Source: Candidatus Wolframiiraptor gerlachensis (lineage in GTDB: Archaea > Thermoproteota > Nitrososphaeria_A > Caldarchaeales > Wolframiiraptoraceae). From it: DNA of 22,248 nucleotides. Shown here piece after piece: positions 18,375-22,248 of the stretch; position 1 is the stretch's first letter; each line of letters opens with the position of its first letter. The translations under genes and the position numbers were made by a program. The stretch is taken from NCBI GenBank assembly GCA_021323375.2, contig JAJPCT020000010.1, positions 1 to 22,248 on the forward strand. The letters are read 5' to 3'. The notes beneath the pieces are model-generated. The model was not told the DNA's origin. It did not search any database and saw only the letters and a list, made by a program, of their open reading frames with translations.

Positions 18375-19058
18375 TTGGCCCTTAGCCTGGAAATGCTTAG
18401 AACACTTGAAGAGGCGCTTGTGGAGGCTGTAGAGCGGGCGAAGCAGTCTGGTAGGCCTAGGAAATTCAAGCAGTCGGTAGAGCTGATAGTGAACCTGCAG
18501 GACATAGATTTGAAGAAGCCTGAGAACAGGATCTATGAAGTTGTTGAGCTTCCTCATGGTAGGGGTGCTAAGCCGGCTAAGGTCTGCATCATCGCGGGCC
18601 CAGCCGTAGCAACAGAAGCCAAGAAAATACCAGAGGTTGATAGGGTTATCGAGAGGGAGGAGCTTGAGGCGCTGGTCGGGAACAAGAGGCTGGCCAAGAA
18701 GATAGCCGCTCAATACGACTTCTTCTTGGTCGAGCCGGCGATGATGGGGCTTGCGGCGAAGGCTCTTGGAGCGGCTCTCGGGGGGCGTGGTAAGAGGCCT
18801 CAACCGATCCCACAGGGAGTGAATCTCGCGGAGCTCGTCAAGAGCTTGAAGAGGAGCGTGGTAATCAATGTTAGGAAGAATCCGCAGGCGATGTGCTTGA
18901 TCGGGACGGAGGACATGGACTCGAGGATGCTTGCTGAGAACGCGGCCGCGGTGATCTCCAAGATTGTGGAGAGGCTGGAGAGAAGGTTCAGGAACATCCA
19001 GTCGATCTATGTCAAGAGGACTATGGGTGAGCCCGTCAAGGTCGGGCTAGAGTCCTAG
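18375..19058 (+). CDS. rpl1: 50S ribosomal protein uL1
   Basis: RKFKQSVELIVNLQDIDLKKPENRI...LPHGRG, YDFFL, IGTEDM, IYVKRTMGEPVK; start could be ATG 18393. Confidence 0.96.
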   Translation: MALSLEMLRTLEEALVEAVERAKQSGRPRKFKQSVELIVNLQDIDLKKPENRIYEVVELPHGRGAKPAKVCIIAGPAVATEAKKIPEVDRVIEREELEALVGNKRLAKKIAAQYDFFLVEPAMMGLAAKALGAALGGRGKRPQPIPQGVNLAELVKSLKRSVVINVRKNPQAMCLIGTEDMDSRMLAENAAAVISKIVERLERRFRNIQSIYVKRTMGEPVKVGLES

Positions 19059-19087
19059 CATAGGGGTTAAATCTAGGCTTAAAGCCG

Positions 19088-19972
19088 GTGAGGGGGGCCT
19101 TGTCAGCGGAGGCAGTCATTAAGCGCATTCGCAGAATCCCTGAGCGAAAGGTTAGGATAGTTGAGGAGCTATCTCAGCTAATATCATCGAGCAGGGTTAT
19201 CGCGGTCTTCAGACTCGTGGGCCTGAGAGCCAACCTGCTCCATGAGGTGAGAAGAAAGCTCCGGGGAATAGCCACGATAAAGATAGCCAAGAAGAACCTC
19301 TTCATCAAGGCTTGTGAAAGGGTCGGCAAGCCCGATCTCCGAGCCCTAATTGAAGATTTTAAGGAGCCCATAGGATTCATCTTCTCAAATACCAGCGCTT
19401 TCAGGCTCAAGATCTTACTAGACAAGAATAGGATACCAATGCATGCTAGAGCTGGTGAGAAGGCGGACTTTGATGTTGTTGTGCCCGAGATGAATACAGG
19501 GCTCCCGCCAGGCCCGATCCTAAGCGAGTTCGGCAAGCTTAAGATTCCGACGAGAATTGAGGGTGGCCAGATCTGGATAGCGAAGGATACTGTTGTCGCC
19601 CGGAAGGGTGATGTGATCTCGCCGGAGCTCGCCTCACTCCTAGCAAAGCTGGACATAAAGGCGGTTCTCAAGGGGATAAGCATCGAGAAGGCCTTCGAGG
19701 ACGGCATACTACTCAGGAGAGAGCAGCTCGAGCTCGATCTCGAGAAGACCAGCGAGGAGGTTAGATTAGCCCATATCCAGGCGCTAAGCCTAGCAATGGA
19801 GATAGGATACATAACAAGAGAGACCGTGATACCGCTTCTAATGAAGGGCGCTCTCGAGGCAAGAGTCCTAGCAGTAGAGGCCGAGATACCATCAAAGGAG
19901 ACAATACAAGACATAATACTGCTCGCGGAAAGGAGGGCTCAAGCGCTCAAGGCGGCCGCGAAATTCGAGTAA
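19088..19972 (+). CDS. rpl10: 50S ribosomal protein uL10 (P0)
   Basis: IPERK...VEEL, KIAKKNL, ARAGEKA..DVVVP..NTGLPPGPILSEFGKLKIPTRIEGGQIWIAKD. Confidence 0.95.
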   Translation: MRGALSAEAVIKRIRRIPERKVRIVEELSQLISSSRVIAVFRLVGLRANLLHEVRRKLRGIATIKIAKKNLFIKACERVGKPDLRALIEDFKEPIGFIFSNTSAFRLKILLDKNRIPMHARAGEKADFDVVVPEMNTGLPPGPILSEFGKLKIPTRIEGGQIWIAKDTVVARKGDVISPELASLLAKLDIKAVLKGISIEKAFEDGILLRREQLELDLEKTSEEVRLAHIQALSLAMEIGYITRETVIPLLMKGALEARVLAVEAEIPSKETIQDIILLAERRAQALKAAAKFE

Positions 19973-19989
19973 AAAACAGTAAACACACG

Positions 19990-22248
19990 TTACTTCAAGA
20001 GTTGATGCAGGGCTCTTATCGAAACCTCCTCCAACCTCTCCTTTGAGACATCTTCTCCTAGACCTCCCTGTCCAAGCCGATCCCTGCCCCCACCTCTCCC
20101 GCCAAGCTCCCCGGCTATTATCGAGGTTAGTCTTCCAGCATGAATCCCTGACTTTATGGCCGCCTCATTAGCCGTGACCAGCAGATATGGCTTCTCACCA
20201 CCATATGCCGCAATGAGGCACGCGGGCTCGTCAACTGCCAAGAGCTTATCTGAGATCTTGAGAACATAGTCCCTATCATCCTCGAGCTCTCGCGTTATGT
20301 AGATCTTTACCCCGCTCAGGGTTATGGGCTTCTCCCTCAGCTCGCGGTATCTCAGCTCGGCTGCCGCGGAGAGGAGCCTTCTCACAGATGATCTAAGCTT
20401 CCTGAGCTCGGATAATGTCTCGTCCAGCGCCTTCTCAACAGCCTCCACGGGCGCCCCAAGTTTTTCTGCAAGCCTCAGGGTCATGAGCCAGCTCTGCTGT
20501 ACGTATTGTAGAGCCGCTGGCCCAGCCGCGAATACGAGCCTCTCAACACCATCCTGTATCCGCTCAGTCCTGATTATCTTTATCAACCCGACATCCTCCG
20601 TGTTCTCGGCGTGAAGGCCTCCACAGGCCTCTGCATCCCATCCAGGTATCTCCACAACCCTTATCGTAGCTGAGGGAACCTCCCCACCCTGATAAAGCTG
20701 GAATCCATATCTCCTCTCAGCCTCATTCCTATCCATCTCCATGATCCTGACCGGTATCCTAGCGGCGACGATCTTATTCGCCTCCTCTTCTATGCGTGTA
20801 ACCTCCTCGAGGCTAAGCCTCCTATGATGGCTTATGTCAAGCCTCGCGAAGCCCGGCTCCTTCCTAGCTCCAGCCTGCCATGCATGCTTCCCCAAAACCC
20901 TCCTAGCAGCGCCCAAGATTATGTGAGTAGCCGTATGATGCCTCATAATGGAGAACCTGCGCTCCCGATCAACCACACCCTTAACGATCTCACCCTCGGC
21001 TGGCGGAGGACCTTCAACCTTATGGACGATCACCCCGCCCTCCAGAATCTGAACATCAACAACCATGCACTCTCCCCTTGAATGCCTTAGTATGCCTTGA
21101 TCGGATACCGCGCCGCCGCCCTCAGGATAAAAACACGTCCTATCCAGCGCGACATGGTTCTCGCGGACACGCAGCACCCTAGCATCAAACTCGAGCATGC
21201 TTGGATCCCTGTAGTAAAGCTTCTCGGTTGCCGGGAGATCCTTAAACTCCTCCTCGAGGAGCCTTATCCCCTCATCAGCTGCTCTTGCAGGCTCCTCCCT
21301 CAAGTGCCTCGATGCAACGAGCTCATAGAAGTTATCAGGAACATTGATCTTCATTCCAAGCTTCTCTGCGACCGGTCTCACGATGTCAGGCGTTACCCCC
21401 CTCTCATCATAAGCCCTGATGATAAATTCGAGCGGCACCTCGGATGCGCCCCTCCTCCTCATATCTGAGAGCTCCCTCTCAATATACTCCATGCCCTTCG
21501 CTATCGTGTCCTCGAACTTCCTGATCTCATGCTCGACTATGTCTACCGTCTCATCCCTCATCTCCCTTAGATGGGGGAAGTCCTCGCCCCAGTAGTCTAT
21601 CTGGAGGTTTATCAGGTCTATGAGCTTATCCTCATACCCGAGTTCCTTGAGAAGCCTGTAAGCCTTCCTAATGAGAAGCCTCGCGAGATACCCAACCCTT
21701 ACATTCGATGGGACAACCCCCTCACTTATTATGAATGTTATCGACTTGGTGAAGTCGAGGGATGCGTAGATCTTCTCGAGCGGCGCGATCATGCGCATTA
21801 TCGTCTCCAGCGGGATCCCAGATGCCTCTGAGATCCTCCTCCTAGCCTCCGCGATCGTCATCCCGGCCTTTGGCACGACTAGAGCCGTGTATGGAGAATA
21901 CCTAACCAACAGCTCCCTATTGACCTCCGGGAACTCGATGATCTCCTTAAGCTTCGGATACAACTCACCATAGATCGCGTCAAAGCAGCTGGGCGTCCCC
22001 TGGGTAAGCCATGTGAAGCGCTCCATACCATACCCGGTATCAACGGTCCTTATCGGGAGCTTGATTAACTCGTTATCAACAGTCTTGTACTGCATGAAGA
22101 CTAGGGTCGCCACTTCAAGGCCATATGAGAAGGCCTCAAAGCATGGTCCAGCCATACCACCCCCAGCCCAGACCCCCTCCTTGTAGATAATCTCCTCCTC
22201 TGGTATCCCAAAGACCTCCCGAGCAAACTCATGATAATATTGGACGGT
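19990..22248 (-). CDS. alaS: Alanine--tRNA ligase (5' end beyond window)
   Basis: WAGGGMAGPCFE..GLEVATLVFMQY, VDTGYGMER, FYPEGGG, MRHHTATH, EACGGLH, GGRGGG; frame open to the window edge. Confidence 0.97.
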   Translation of the reverse strand, partial: TVQYYHEFAREVFGIPEEEIIYKEGVWAGGGMAGPCFEAFSYGLEVATLVFMQYKTVDNELIKLPIRTVDTGYGMERFTWLTQGTPSCFDAIYGELYPKLKEIIEFPEVNRELLVRYSPYTALVVPKAGMTIAEARRRISEASGIPLETIMRMIAPLEKIYASLDFTKSITFIISEGVVPSNVRVGYLARLLIRKAYRLLKELGYEDKLIDLINLQIDYWGEDFPHLREMRDETVDIVEHEIRKFEDTIAKGMEYIERELSDMRRRGASEVPLEFIIRAYDERGVTPDIVRPVAEKLGMKINVPDNFYELVASRHLREEPARAADEGIRLLEEEFKDLPATEKLYYRDPSMLEFDARVLRVRENHVALDRTCFYPEGGGAVSDQGILRHSRGECMVVDVQILEGGVIVHKVEGPPPAEGEIVKGVVDRERRFSIMRHHTATHIILGAARRVLGKHAWQAGARKEPGFARLDISHHRRLSLEEVTRIEEEANKIVAARIPVRIMEMDRNEAERRYGFQLYQGGEVPSATIRVVEIPGWDAEACGGLHAENTEDVGLIKIIRTERIQDGVERLVFAAGPAALQYVQQSWLMTLRLAEKLGAPVEAVEKALDETLSELRKLRSSVRRLLSAAAELRYRELREKPITLSGVKIYITRELEDDRDYVLKISDKLLAVDEPACLIAAYGGEKPYLLVTANEAAIKSGIHAGRLTSIIAGELGGRGGGRDRLGQGGLGEDVSKERLEEVSIRALHQLLK

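Noticed and set aside
12192-21973. Long antisense ORFs opposite hflX, rpl11, rpl1, rpl10, alaS and the NrdD-like gene
   Set aside because: Shadow frames of well-supported genes with no recognisable motifs.

Overview
Archaeal housekeeping region, probably TACK / Nitrososphaeria-Caldarchaeales-like (inferred from gene content and protein style). Bases 1-8450 encode a DUF89 protein, Fe-ADH, FBPase/IMPase, glyoxylate reductase, an IlvC-like protein, HpcH aldolase, Taw1, HIT, MoaC, MoaB and rps4. Most of these are frameshifted, probably by sequencing indels. Beyond 10.2 kb lie clean mbf1, hflX, PUA, nac, an HTH-ATP-cone-NrdD-like gene, secE, spt5, rpl11, rpl1, rpl10 and alaS. The main discovery is two insertions that split the first codons of hflX (10639-12212) and rpl11 (17171-17848). 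Each carries a homologous ~135-nt covarying stem-loop whose two variable internal-loop strands match the two halves of that element's own reconstructed empty insertion site, on opposite DNA strands. In the hflX insertion the RNA overlaps the stop codon of a 5'-truncated IS110/TasR-like protein (KSDxxDA present, no SG serine). Both insertions also carry decayed copies of the same unknown gene. A probable third member, containing a nested TnpB, lies between rps4 and mbf1. This looks like a family of self-targeting, dual-guide RNA-programmed homing or integrative elements.
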